A stretch of DNA of 64,000 nucleotides from an uncultured bacterium. Its GTDB lineage: Bacteria; SAR324; NAC60-12. A model generated the notes under the pieces. The model made no database searches, was not told the origin of the DNA, and saw only the letters and a list, made by a program, of their open reading frames with translations. The stretch is taken from assembly GCA_965662235.1 (NCBI GenBank), contig CBFIGY010000002.1, positions 64,001-128,000 on the forward strand, given 5' to 3'. Numbering within the stretch: position 1 is the first letter of the stretch; each line of letters opens with the position of its first letter. Positions 55,215-64,000 of the stretch are shown piece by piece. Position numbers and translations under genes: made by a program.

Positions 55215-56141
55215 ATGCCTGCAAAAACAAGCCTTCAGGACATCATCATGACCTTGCACACGTTCTGGAGTGAGCAAGGCTGCCTGCTGATGAACCCCTA
55301 TGACGTGGAAACAGGCGCGGGAACCATGAATCCCATGACCACCTTGCGGACCATTGGTCCGGAGGAATGGAACGTGGCCTACGTGGAGCCATCCCGTCGC
55401 CCTGCGGATGGACGCTATGGTGAAAACCCCAATCGTCTCTATCAGCACCACCAGTACCAGGTCATCCTCAAGCCCTCTCCCGATAACGTCGAAGACCTCT
55501 ACCTCGACTCACTCCGGGCCCTTGGGATTGAGCCACTTGACCACGACATCCGTTTTGTGGAAGACAACTGGGAAGCACCCACCTTGGGGGCTTGGGGCCT
55601 CGGCTGGGAGATCTGGCTTGACGGCATGGAGGTCACTCAGTTTACGTACTTCCAGCAAGTCGGAGGGCTGGAATGCCACCCAGTCTCGGCAGAACTCACC
55701 TACGGATTGGAGCGCCTTGCCTCTTACCTGCAGGATCGAGATGACGTTTTCGACATTGAGTTTGCCCCCGGTGTGAGCTACTCCGCCATCTTTCGGCAGC
55801 CTGAGTTTGAGCACTCCAAGTACACCTTTGAAGTGGCAAACATCGACCAGATGTTCCGCTGGTTCAATGAATATGAAGCAGAAGCCAAGCGGGCCCTAGA
55901 AGCAGAACTCGTCTTCCCAGCCTATGACTATGTGCTGAAGTGCTCCCACACCTTCAATCAGCTGGATGCCGCAAACGCCATCAGCGTTTCTGCCCGGGCC
56001 GCAACAATTGGACGGGTCCGGAACCTTGCTCAGGACGTCGCCCGGCGCTTTCTGGAAAATCGACGCAAACTGGGCTTTCCCTTGATGAAAGATCGGGCCG
56101 CAGCAGAACGCTGGGTGACGGAACTCAGTCCTCAGGAATGA
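55215..56141 (+). CDS. glyQ: Glycine-tRNA ligase alpha subunit
   Basis: [47 protein letters not shown]. Confidence 0.98.
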   Translation: MPAKTSLQDIIMTLHTFWSEQGCLLMNPYDVETGAGTMNPMTTLRTIGPEEWNVAYVEPSRRPADGRYGENPNRLYQHHQYQVILKPSPDNVEDLYLDSLRALGIEPLDHDIRFVEDNWEAPTLGAWGLGWEIWLDGMEVTQFTYFQQVGGLECHPVSAELTYGLERLASYLQDRDDVFDIEFAPGVSYSAIFRQPEFEHSKYTFEVANIDQMFRWFNEYEAEAKRALEAELVFPAYDYVLKCSHTFNQLDAANAISVSARAATIGRVRNLAQDVARRFLENRRKLGFPLMKDRAAAERWVTELSPQE

Positions 56142-56145
56142 TTTG

Positions 56146-58218
56146 ATGAACAATACTTACTTACTGGAAATTGGGCTGGAAGAGGTTCCGGCCCAGATGA
56201 TTCTGCCGGCAACGGCCCAACTGGAACAGGCCGCCCGGAGCTTCCTGCAGCAGCACGGGCTTCCGGAAGCCGACCTGCAGACCTTCTCCACGCCCCGGCG
56301 TTTGGCGATTGCGGTGATCGGGCTCCCGGACCGCCAACCAGACCGCACCCTTGAGGTCAAGGGACCACCGGCAGCCATTGCCAAGACTCCGGAAGGGGAC
56401 TGGAGCAAAGCGGCTGAAGGCTTCGCCCGGAAGAACAACGCCACTCCAGACCAGTTGCAGATCCGGGACGTCGACGGCAAAGATTATGTTTTTGTGGTCC
56501 GAGAAGAACCTGGGCGCCCTGTTCCGGAGTTGCTCGAAGAGGCCGTGACGCAATGGATCCACCAACTCAGTTTCCCCAAGAACATGCGCTGGGGACACTA
56601 CCGGATGCGCCTCATCCGTCCCATCCGCTGGCTGCTTTCTCTTTGGAACAGCGACGTCATTCCGCTGACGCTTGAGATGGTTCAGGCCGGCAACACCACC
56701 CGAGGCCACCGTTTTTTGGGAGCCCGTGAGGTTCCGGTTTCTCATGCCCAGCACTACGAAGCGGTGCTGGAGCAGCAATTTGTCATGGCCAACTTTGCCA
56801 AGCGCCAGGAGACCATCGCTCAGCAGATTCAGGCACTGGAAGCACAGCACGGGTTTCGGGTCCGCCAAGAAGCCGACCTGCTGGAAGAAGTCACCAACCT
56901 TGTCGAGTGGCCAACCGCCCTGGTGGGAAACTTCGAGACGGAGTTTCTGGAAGTTCCGGAAGACGTGCTGGTGACCTCCATGGCTACCCACCAGCGTTAC
57001 TTCCCGGTCTACGACGCGGCCAATGAAAAGCTGCTCGCTCACTTTGTCACCGTACGCAACGGAGACGACCGGGCGCTGGACACGGTTCGACACGGCAACG
57101 AGAAGGTCCTCCGGGCACGGCTCAGTGATGCACGGTTCTTCTACCTAGAAGACCGCAAGCGCGACTTTGCCTACTTTGCGGCCAAAGCCGATCAGGCGGT
57201 GTTCTTCCAGAAACGTGGTTCTCAGGGGCAACGGGTGGAGCGCATCCGGGCCCTCAGCGGCTGGCTTTCGGAACAGCTGGAGGCCGCACCCCAGCAGGCG
57301 GCGCATACGCAGCGGCTGGCCGAGCTGTGCAAGTTCGACCTCTTCACACAGATGGTTTACGAGTTCCCGGAGCTCCAGGGGTACATGGGGGAAGACTATG
57401 CCCGGCTTCAAGGAGAAGACCCGGTGGTTTGCCAGGGCATTCGGGAGCACTACTTTCCCCGTAATGCCGAAGACGCCCTTCCTCAGGAAGCCGCAACGGT
57501 TCCGGTTGCTCTGGCTGACCGCTTGGATCAGCTGGCCATTGCTTTCTCCTTGGGCATGATTCCGACCGGTTCTGCAGACCCCTATGCACTCAGGCGCGCC
57601 GCACAGGGGGTGGTGCAGTTGCTCCTGGGCCTGAAGCTCAATCTGCCGCTGGCGCCCATGCTGGCCACTTCAGTTCAGACGCTGGAGGCACAGCAGCAAC
57701 TTGGGCTGGACGAGGCCAAGCTCCTTCAGGAGCTGCTGACCTTCTTGGGACAGCGCGTCCGCTGGTACTTCCAGGAGCAGGGGATCCGGCATGATGTCAC
57801 CACCAGTGTCTTGGCGGCACCTGCGACTCCGTTGGAAGCCTTCCACCTCGCGCAAGGGCTTGCGCCTCATCTCGACTCCGCCGGCTTCAAGAAGGCCATG
57901 GAAGCCATCGGGCGGTGTCAGAACATCACTGCCAAGAATCCGCTTCCGGAGGGCACCTCGTTGCAGCCTGAGTTGTTTGAGGCTGCGGAACAGGCCTTCC
58001 ACCAAGCGGTGCAGCGGCTGGCCCCTGCACGTCTGACACCAGAGGCCTTTGTCGCTCAACTCTTCGAGCTGGAAGCCCCCATCACTCAATTCTTTGACGC
58101 GGTGCTGGTAATGGACCCGGAAGAGGCCAAACGCAACAACCGGCTCCAGCTCTGTGCGCTGGTCTCTGAGTGGGTTCAGGTGTACCTGGATCCCCGGGAG
58201 CTGGTGCTGCCCACCTGA
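56146..58218 (+). CDS. glyS: Glycine-tRNA ligase beta subunit
   Basis: LLEIGLEEVP, TPRRLA, FPKNMRWG, HQRYF, EFPELQG.MG, PTGSADPYALRR. Confidence 0.97.
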   Translation: MNNTYLLEIGLEEVPAQMILPATAQLEQAARSFLQQHGLPEADLQTFSTPRRLAIAVIGLPDRQPDRTLEVKGPPAAIAKTPEGDWSKAAEGFARKNNATPDQLQIRDVDGKDYVFVVREEPGRPVPELLEEAVTQWIHQLSFPKNMRWGHYRMRLIRPIRWLLSLWNSDVIPLTLEMVQAGNTTRGHRFLGAREVPVSHAQHYEAVLEQQFVMANFAKRQETIAQQIQALEAQHGFRVRQEADLLEEVTNLVEWPTALVGNFETEFLEVPEDVLVTSMATHQRYFPVYDAANEKLLAHFVTVRNGDDRALDTVRHGNEKVLRARLSDARFFYLEDRKRDFAYFAAKADQAVFFQKRGSQGQRVERIRALSGWLSEQLEAAPQQAAHTQRLAELCKFDLFTQMVYEFPELQGYMGEDYARLQGEDPVVCQGIREHYFPRNAEDALPQEAATVPVALADRLDQLAIAFSLGMIPTGSADPYALRRAAQGVVQLLLGLKLNLPLAPMLATSVQTLEAQQQLGLDEAKLLQELLTFLGQRVRWYFQEQGIRHDVTTSVLAAPATPLEAFHLAQGLAPHLDSAGFKKAMEAIGRCQNITAKNPLPEGTSLQPELFEAAEQAFHQAVQRLAPARLTPEAFVAQLFELEAPITQFFDAVLVMDPEEAKRNNRLQLCALVSEWVQVYLDPRELVLPT

Positions 58219-58233
58219 CCTGCAACACGCCTC

Positions 58234-58803
58234 ATGACTCTGCTTTACCTCAAGGCCCTTCACATCATTGGAGTGGTGGTTTGGTTTGCCGGACTGTTCT
58301 ACCTCGGACGCCTCTTTGTCTACCACAAGGAGGTCGAGGCTCGTCCGGAGCCCGAACGTCAGATCCTCACAGACCAGCTGATGCTCATGGAGCGTCGGCT
58401 CTACTACGCCATCACCTGGCCTGGCCTATGCATCACTGTCGTTTTTGGGCTCAGCCTGGTCATGCCCTGGCTGCAGTCTGGCTGGATGCACGCCAAGCTG
58501 ACGTTTGTGGTGGCCTTAATTGCCTACCACTTGGGGTGTGGGAAGTTGCGTCGGTTGCTCGCAGAGGGGCGTTGCAACTGGACAGGGAAGCACTTTCGCT
58601 TGTTCAACGAAGTTCCGTCACTGATTTTGATTGCGGTTGTTTTTCTCGTCGTGCTCAAAGACGCCGTTTCCTGGCCGACCCTTCTGCTGGTTCTGGCTGG
58701 AAGCGTGGTGGCCATTGGCATCACCGTCCAAACCGTGGTCCGTCGGCAACGGGCCAAACAGGGAACCCCCTCCTTGAAAACTGAGATTGGAGAATCAAAG
58801 TGA
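58234..58803 (+). CDS. hemJ: Protoporphyrinogen oxidase HemJ
   Basis: KALHII..V.WFAGLFYL.RLFVYH, MERRL, W.HAKL, FRLFNEVP. Confidence 0.92.
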   Translation: MTLLYLKALHIIGVVVWFAGLFYLGRLFVYHKEVEARPEPERQILTDQLMLMERRLYYAITWPGLCITVVFGLSLVMPWLQSGWMHAKLTFVVALIAYHLGCGKLRRLLAEGRCNWTGKHFRLFNEVPSLILIAVVFLVVLKDAVSWPTLLLVLAGSVVAIGITVQTVVRRQRAKQGTPSLKTEIGESK

Positions 58804-59489
58804 GGCACTTTTTGACGTGGTGGGTCGCGGCAGCGCTGCTCGGGTCGGTTAGCGCCTGTGGCTGGCTGGACTCCGTTCCGCCAGCAGAACTGGCCCGGAT
58901 GAACTATGAGAGCGGCATGCAGTCGTATGAGGCCAAGGACTATGAGGTCGCAGTGGACTACCTACGTGAGGTGCCAGCGGACTCTGCACTCTACGCCCAG
59001 TCAGTCCGGACGATCCAGCGGGTTCCGTATCAGAAAGGAGTCGATGCTTACGAAGAAGGGGAGTACCTCCGGGCTCTGACGGAGCTGGCGAAGATTCCCG
59101 AATACCATCCCGACTTTGAAAATGCCCGGGACCTGAGGATTCGGATTGAGTACGAACTGCTCCGTCAGGAGTATGAAAAGGCAGTCGGGGTGGAGCGCAT
59201 TGAGTGGCTCCGGAAGCTCATTGCCAAAGGGTTTGAGCGACGAAGTATGCCCGTCAACCTGCAGAGTGTGGATGACCTAGGGAATGACATTGCGGCTTCC
59301 AACGACCCGCAGATCACCAGTCAGCTGCTGACCCTCATGCACGAGACCTTGGTCGCCCAGAACGACCCCGCCTTGTACCAGCGCGCTCTGGAGCACCTGA
59401 TGCGCAACTTCTCTCACCTGCACCAGCAGCGTCCCGTACGCGCTCAGGCCTTTGAGATGGTCGGCGAAGTCAAGCTGGCGGTCCGATAA
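58800..59489 (+). CDS. Hypothetical helical (TPR-like) lipoprotein
   Basis: VSAC lipobox; repeated Y..G...YE...Y..A helices; GTG overlaps the hemJ stop. Confidence 0.7.
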   Translation: MRHFLTWWVAAALLGSVSACGWLDSVPPAELARMNYESGMQSYEAKDYEVAVDYLREVPADSALYAQSVRTIQRVPYQKGVDAYEEGEYLRALTELAKIPEYHPDFENARDLRIRIEYELLRQEYEKAVGVERIEWLRKLIAKGFERRSMPVNLQSVDDLGNDIAASNDPQITSQLLTLMHETLVAQNDPALYQRALEHLMRNFSHLHQQRPVRAQAFEMVGEVKLAVR

Positions 59490-60219
59490 CGGGTGGACGC
59501 AACACGGACTCCTTGACCGCTTTGCGTCCCAGCCATACCGAAAGCAGCCCCATTAGGACAATCTGCCCGTACCCTCCCCACGTGTACCCCAGCGACAGCC
59601 ACAGGTCGTAAGCCCCGTGTAGGAACACAGACACCAGCCACCCTCCTAGAATCGTCAACATGGCACGGTGGCTGACCTTTGCATGCTCAGGCTCCTCATC
59701 CAGAAGAATCCGGGCCTTCACCACAACGTACCCCATCGGAGCACTCATGAACGCGTGTGCCGGCACTGTGACAGCAGAACGCGTGACCAGCACCCCCGGA
59801 CCATACTGCTCTAGGTAAAAGAGGTTCTCGATGGTGGCAAACCCCAACGCAATCACCGCCGCAAACAGCATCCCGTCAAAGGGGTCTCGACGTTCCCGGA
59901 GGCCAAACACCGCCATCAGCAAAATGAGGAGCTTGGCAAACTCTTCGTTCACTCCCACCATGATCCAGAATCCCGAGCTCGCGAGTGGCAGCTGCACGGC
60001 GCCCTCCCACCACCAGGTCTCCGGAGCACCCGGCCAGAAGATGGTAAACTTCTCCACCATGTGGTTCAGCAGGAGCGCAATCAAGCCGCACGCCATGCCT
60101 CCTAGGTAGATGACCAGCAACAGTTTTAGGTTGTTTCGCTTGTAGCGGCTGGAGTGATAAAAGGCCCATCCCCACAAAATGGCAGGGGCAAAGGCCATGG
60201 AGGCTAAGGGAATCCACAT
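59470..60219 (-). CDS. prsW: PrsW-family intramembrane metalloprotease
   Basis: EEFAK, GFATIEN, HA and HGAYD motifs; multi-TM. Confidence 0.88.
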   Translation of the reverse strand: MWIPLASMAFAPAILWGWAFYHSSRYKRNNLKLLLVIYLGGMACGLIALLLNHMVEKFTIFWPGAPETWWWEGAVQLPLASSGFWIMVGVNEEFAKLLILLMAVFGLRERRDPFDGMLFAAVIALGFATIENLFYLEQYGPGVLVTRSAVTVPAHAFMSAPMGYVVVKARILLDEEPEHAKVSHRAMLTILGGWLVSVFLHGAYDLWLSLGYTWGGYGQIVLMGLLSVWLGRKAVKESVLRPPVIGPPA

Positions 60220-60342
60220 AGTCGACGCACGGGTGTTGCGATTGTCCTAGCTTCGTGGCATAGTGCAAAACTATTTGCCAGTGTTTTTGTATCCATGGGA
60301 CGTCACTCAGGCTAGTCCCGGAACTCGCAATGTCAAGTACCC

Positions 60343-61761
60343 ATGCGACGCACCGAGCTATCAGTCCGCAAGGACCACCAAGAAATCGATCAGTTTGCTG
60401 ATTCCATCCACTCCGGACGTTACTTCCGGCGTCTCCGACGCGACGTGTTGCTGGAGATGCTCCGTCAGGGCGAGCTCATGGAGCTGGACGCCGACGAGTA
60501 CCTGCTCCGGGAAGGAGAAGACCAGCCTCCGCAGCTAGCCGTGCTCCTCGAGGGCTCCTTGGCGGTCATGTCGCAAGGAAACTTCCTGATGCGCCTCGAG
60601 TATCCGGGGGACGTCGTTGGCGAGATGTCGGTCATCACTCGCGGAGGCCACGCCTTTGACGTGCTGGCAGAGGCCCCCAGTCGCGTGGTGATCTTTCCAG
60701 AACACCTTTTCAAGGAGGAAGACGACGGCGCCGAGGTTTCAATCCTCTACCTGATCTTCAGTCACATCCTCTCTGAGAAGCTCCGCATCACAGCGGCTCA
60801 GTCCCTCTTGGGCAAAAGCAACCGTCCTCGCGTGGACGTGGTGCCCACCATTGCGCTGCTCATTGAAAACCCAGAAGAGCGGCAACGCGCCGCCCAGCTG
60901 GTTGCAGACAAGTGGGACAAGGCTCAGGCCGTGGAACTTCCGTCGCTACAGGAATTTGTCACCGACCCACTCAACCAGCGGTACGACATCATCCTCACCA
61001 ATCCGATTGCAACAGAAGCCGACCCGAAGCTTCCGCAGGTGATGGACAGCTGCGCCCTGCACATGTGTCCCGTTTTGGTGATCAGCCCCTACTGTGCAGA
61101 AGAAGAAAACCGCCGGGAGCTGCAGAAGATGGGAGCCACGGACTTCCTGCCGCTGCCCTGCCCGGACTTTGACTTTGAGCATGCCCTCTCTCAGCTGAAG
61201 CTCGGCTACTACCGCCAGCAGGAACTGCAGCAGGTCGAAGAAGCCGCTGACACCGATCGACTCACCGGCATGGCAAACCGCCGACGCTTGGATGAGTTCA
61301 TGGAAGCTCTGGTGACGCTCTATCCGGAAGAGCGTAAGCCCTTCTCGTTGATCATCTCTGACGTGGACAACTTCAAGCACTACAACGACACAAACGGCCA
61401 CCAGATGGGCGACGTGGTGCTTGCAACTGTGGCCGCGGTCTTTAAGAACCGGGTCCGGCGTGGCGATCTCGCAGCACGCTTCGGAGGAGAAGAGTTTGTG
61501 ATGATCCTTCCAAGTTGCAACAAGGAGAACGCCCTCAAGATTGCAGAGAAACTCCGCAAGGCGGTCGCCGATGAGTACGTTCCGTATCAGGAGAACCAAC
61601 CCACCGGTAACCTGACAGCCACCTTTGGTGTGGCGACCTATCCGGATGATGCCGACACCTTGGAGCTGCTGCTGAAAAAGGCGGACGAGTGCCTCTACAT
61701 CGGCAAGGAGAAGGGCCGGAACTGCGTGGTGGGCGCCTCCTCCATGTATGAGCAAAAATAA
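60343..61761 (+). CDS. Diguanylate cyclase with cNMP-binding and pseudo-receiver domains
   Basis: cNMP-like EG..., PGDVVGEMS; D.LTG..NRR, DVDNFK.YND..GH, RRGD I-site, GGEEF. Confidence 0.92.
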   Translation: MRRTELSVRKDHQEIDQFADSIHSGRYFRRLRRDVLLEMLRQGELMELDADEYLLREGEDQPPQLAVLLEGSLAVMSQGNFLMRLEYPGDVVGEMSVITRGGHAFDVLAEAPSRVVIFPEHLFKEEDDGAEVSILYLIFSHILSEKLRITAAQSLLGKSNRPRVDVVPTIALLIENPEERQRAAQLVADKWDKAQAVELPSLQEFVTDPLNQRYDIILTNPIATEADPKLPQVMDSCALHMCPVLVISPYCAEEENRRELQKMGATDFLPLPCPDFDFEHALSQLKLGYYRQQELQQVEEAADTDRLTGMANRRRLDEFMEALVTLYPEERKPFSLIISDVDNFKHYNDTNGHQMGDVVLATVAAVFKNRVRRGDLAARFGGEEFVMILPSCNKENALKIAEKLRKAVADEYVPYQENQPTGNLTATFGVATYPDDADTLELLLKKADECLYIGKEKGRNCVVGASSMYEQK

Positions 61762-61766
61762 TTTGC

Positions 61767-61795
61767 TTGCCTTAACCTGCGATCCTCTCTATATT
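61767..61795 (+). promoter_or_regulatory. Sigma70 promoter of rplM-rpsI
   Basis: TTGCCT-N17-TATATT. Confidence 0.6.
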
Positions 61796-61851
61796 TAGCG
61801 GTTTGGCAAATCCGCCCACTGCCGGGCATATCGGGATTTTTTGGAAGTACC

Positions 61852-62298
61852 ATGAACAAGACACCATTTATCCGACAAGAAGACGTCGATAACGGCACTT
61901 ATCCCCGTGACTGGTGGGTCGTCGATGCTGAAGGACAGACCTTGGGGCGCTTGGCCACCAAGATCGCGATGCACCTGCGCGGGAAGCACAAGCCCATCTA
62001 CGCCGCTCACACCGACTTGGGCGACTTTGTGGTGGTCGTGAATGCGGAGAAGATTCGGGTGACCGGACGCAAGGAAGAGCAGAAGATGTACTACCACCAC
62101 ACCGGATATCCGGGTGGACTGAAGTCGTTCCGCCTCTCCGAAATGCGTGAGCGCAAGCCTGAAGCCCTCATCACCCGTGCGGTCAAGGGCATGCTTGCCA
62201 AGAATGCTCTCAATCGCCATTACCTGCGTCGCTTGAAGGTTTACACGGGTGCCGAGCATCCGCATGCCGCTCAGCAACCTAAAACCCTCTCGATCTGA
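61852..62298 (+). CDS. rplM: 50S ribosomal protein L13
   Basis: [34 protein letters not shown]. Confidence 0.98.
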   Translation: MNKTPFIRQEDVDNGTYPRDWWVVDAEGQTLGRLATKIAMHLRGKHKPIYAAHTDLGDFVVVVNAEKIRVTGRKEEQKMYYHHTGYPGGLKSFRLSEMRERKPEALITRAVKGMLAKNALNRHYLRRLKVYTGAEHPHAAQQPKTLSI

Positions 62299-62315
62299 TT
62301 CTGCTCAGGAAGTCC

Positions 62316-62711
62316 ATGACCACGACTGTTCAATATTACGGAACCGGACGTCGCAAGACCTCGGTCGCTCGCGTTTACCTCCGCCCGGGCACGGGAAACA
62401 TCATTGTGAATAAGCGTCCCATTGATGAGTACTTTGGGCGAGAGACCCTGAAGATGATCGTTCGGCAACCGTTGGAGATGACCGAATCCATTGATCAGTA
62501 CGACGTACTCGTCAACGTCCGTGGAGGAGGACTTTCCGGACAGGCCGGCGCTGTGCGACACGGCATCTCCCGCGCTCTGCTGGTGACCGGAGACGACGTG
62601 CGGCCCACCTTGAAGAAGGCCGGCATGCTGACCCGGGACCCCCGCAAGGTGGAACGTAAGAAATACGGTCGCCCCGGCGCCCGAAAGCGTTACCAGTATT
62701 CCAAACGCTAA
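62316..62711 (+). CDS. rpsI: 30S ribosomal protein S9
   Basis: [35 protein letters not shown]. Confidence 0.98.
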   Translation: MTTTVQYYGTGRRKTSVARVYLRPGTGNIIVNKRPIDEYFGRETLKMIVRQPLEMTESIDQYDVLVNVRGGGLSGQAGAVRHGISRALLVTGDDVRPTLKKAGMLTRDPRKVERKKYGRPGARKRYQYSKR

Positions 62712-62741
62712 CGCCCCCCTACTTCCGTCCAGAAGGCTCCG

Positions 62742-63914
62742 ATGCTCGAACTGTTTTGGATCTTCTGGACGACCCTCTTTGCGAGCCTGACCCTCAACAC
62801 CTTCTTTCCCCTTACACATCAGCAGCGTCCTCCGCTCGGACACCTGATCAGCTTTGGGGCTTCTTGGATCTTCGGAGACCTCGCACCTCAGTGGGTGGTT
62901 CTGAACATCGGGGTGCTGGGATTCCTCTTGGCCGCTACTCCCGCTTCCAGTTGGACAGCCGGACTTCTGCTCTTGCACGGACTGTGCGGGGCCGCCTTGC
63001 TCTACCGGTGGAGCCAGCAACGTCACCTGCTCGCACACCTGAGGGTCGAAACCAACACCTCGTTCGAGCCTCAGCGCACACCAGCGCTCGACTGGTGGCC
63101 CACGGTATGGATCCCCAAAGCTCATCCCTCGGGCATCCGACGCCTCTCCGGTCTACGCTACAACGAAGCTCTTCCGGACTCCTGCTCGCTGGACCTCTAC
63201 CTCCCCGACTCTCTGCCTGCTACCCGCCGGCCACTGCTGCTGCACATCCATGGTGGGGGCTGGCTCGTGGGCACCAACAACCAGGGCCTTCCGCTTCTGC
63301 ATCACCTCGTCCAGCAGGGGTGGGCTTGCGCGGCTATGACGTACCGACTCAGCCCTCAGCACCGACACCCTGCGGCCCTGGAAGACGTTCTGTCCGCCAC
63401 CCGTTTCCTGCAGGAGCGCGCAGACGATTACCAGCTTGAGGCTCAGCAATTTTTCTTGTCAGGGGGATCAGCAGGCGCCCATTTGGCAAGCTTGGCTGCG
63501 TTTACCGCACCTGCTCAGGGCCTGAATGTAAGGGGATGTGTCTGTTACTACGGGGTCTTTAACCTCATGGCGCCCTTTGCGCTCATCAACACCTATCCGT
63601 CGGCTCGGCAGCTGTTGCAACAGCTGCTTCCGCCTCGGTGTGAGGCTCATCCGGAGGAGATTGAGAAGGCGTCTCCGTTTCATCAAATTCCCCCTCAACC
63701 GGTGCCCTTCCTCTTTCTGCATGGGCTCCGTGATTCACTGATCCCCTGGGAAGAGACCCGAGCCTTCGCTCAGGCACTCCGAGCACAAGGAGGCGAAGCC
63801 ACAGAGATGTATGTTCCCGGTGTGCAGCACTCGTTTGACATGCTTCCCTCGCTGGCAGCTTGGCAGATGCGCGCACCTGTTTCCGAGTGGCTGCACCACC
63901 AGCTACAGCGCTGA
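62742..63914 (+). CDS. Membrane-anchored HSL-family esterase/lipase
   Basis: N-terminal TMs, LDLY.P, IHGGGW, GGSAG, HG..D, HSFD. Confidence 0.9.
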   Translation: MLELFWIFWTTLFASLTLNTFFPLTHQQRPPLGHLISFGASWIFGDLAPQWVVLNIGVLGFLLAATPASSWTAGLLLLHGLCGAALLYRWSQQRHLLAHLRVETNTSFEPQRTPALDWWPTVWIPKAHPSGIRRLSGLRYNEALPDSCSLDLYLPDSLPATRRPLLLHIHGGGWLVGTNNQGLPLLHHLVQQGWACAAMTYRLSPQHRHPAALEDVLSATRFLQERADDYQLEAQQFFLSGGSAGAHLASLAAFTAPAQGLNVRGCVCYYGVFNLMAPFALINTYPSARQLLQQLLPPRCEAHPEEIEKASPFHQIPPQPVPFLFLHGLRDSLIPWEETRAFAQALRAQGGEATEMYVPGVQHSFDMLPSLAAWQMRAPVSEWLHHQLQR

Positions 63915-64000
63915 CTCAGGCACCCGAACGTACACCGTCTCGCCCTGACGCTCATAGCTGATCAACTGAATCAGCGTCTCGCCCAGATCGTTCCCTGCCT
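63903..64000 (-). CDS. 3' end of a gene entering from the right edge (possibly Rieske/ferredoxin-like C-terminus)
   Basis: Manual translation ...AGNDLGETLIQLISYERQGETVYVRVPESAL-stop. Confidence 0.4.
   Translation of the reverse strand, partial: AGNDLGETLIQLISYERQGETVYVRVPESAL

Overview
Core bacterial chromosome, roughly 60% GC by eye. The gene set and protein styles suggest a deltaproteobacteria-like or SAR324-like lineage; this is inference and was not tested. (1) 1-15.6 kb, minus strand: a chemosensory cluster, cheY, CheX-like/DUF3334, double-dCache MCP, REC-adenylate cyclase, Cache/HAMP histidine kinase, cheA, cheW, MCP, heme-c MCP, cheR, cheD (truncated). (2) Divergent from it, rpoB-rpoC, detached from the usual ribosomal-protein operons and running directly into thioesterase-tkt-rpiA-gap. 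(3) A housekeeping, envelope and regulatory mosaic: queG, SLT-like protein, ArnT-like GT, nagZ, Rep/UvrD, rluD, phoBR with a Pho-box-like repeat, USP, paaK, lptD, thermonuclease, argS, infA, glyQS, hemJ, prsW, cNMP-REC-GGDEF, rplM-rpsI. I saw no rRNA, tRNA, CRISPR array, transposase or integrase. The most interesting signals are: the Che cluster with an embedded kinase plus REC-adenylate cyclase; two HAMP-less MCPs with symmetric 21-aa duplications and an identical 37-bp tail; window-wide excess of the palindrome TCCGGA; Bacillota-type glyQS; and a helical module inserted in LptD. All calls come from reading motifs, with no database searches.
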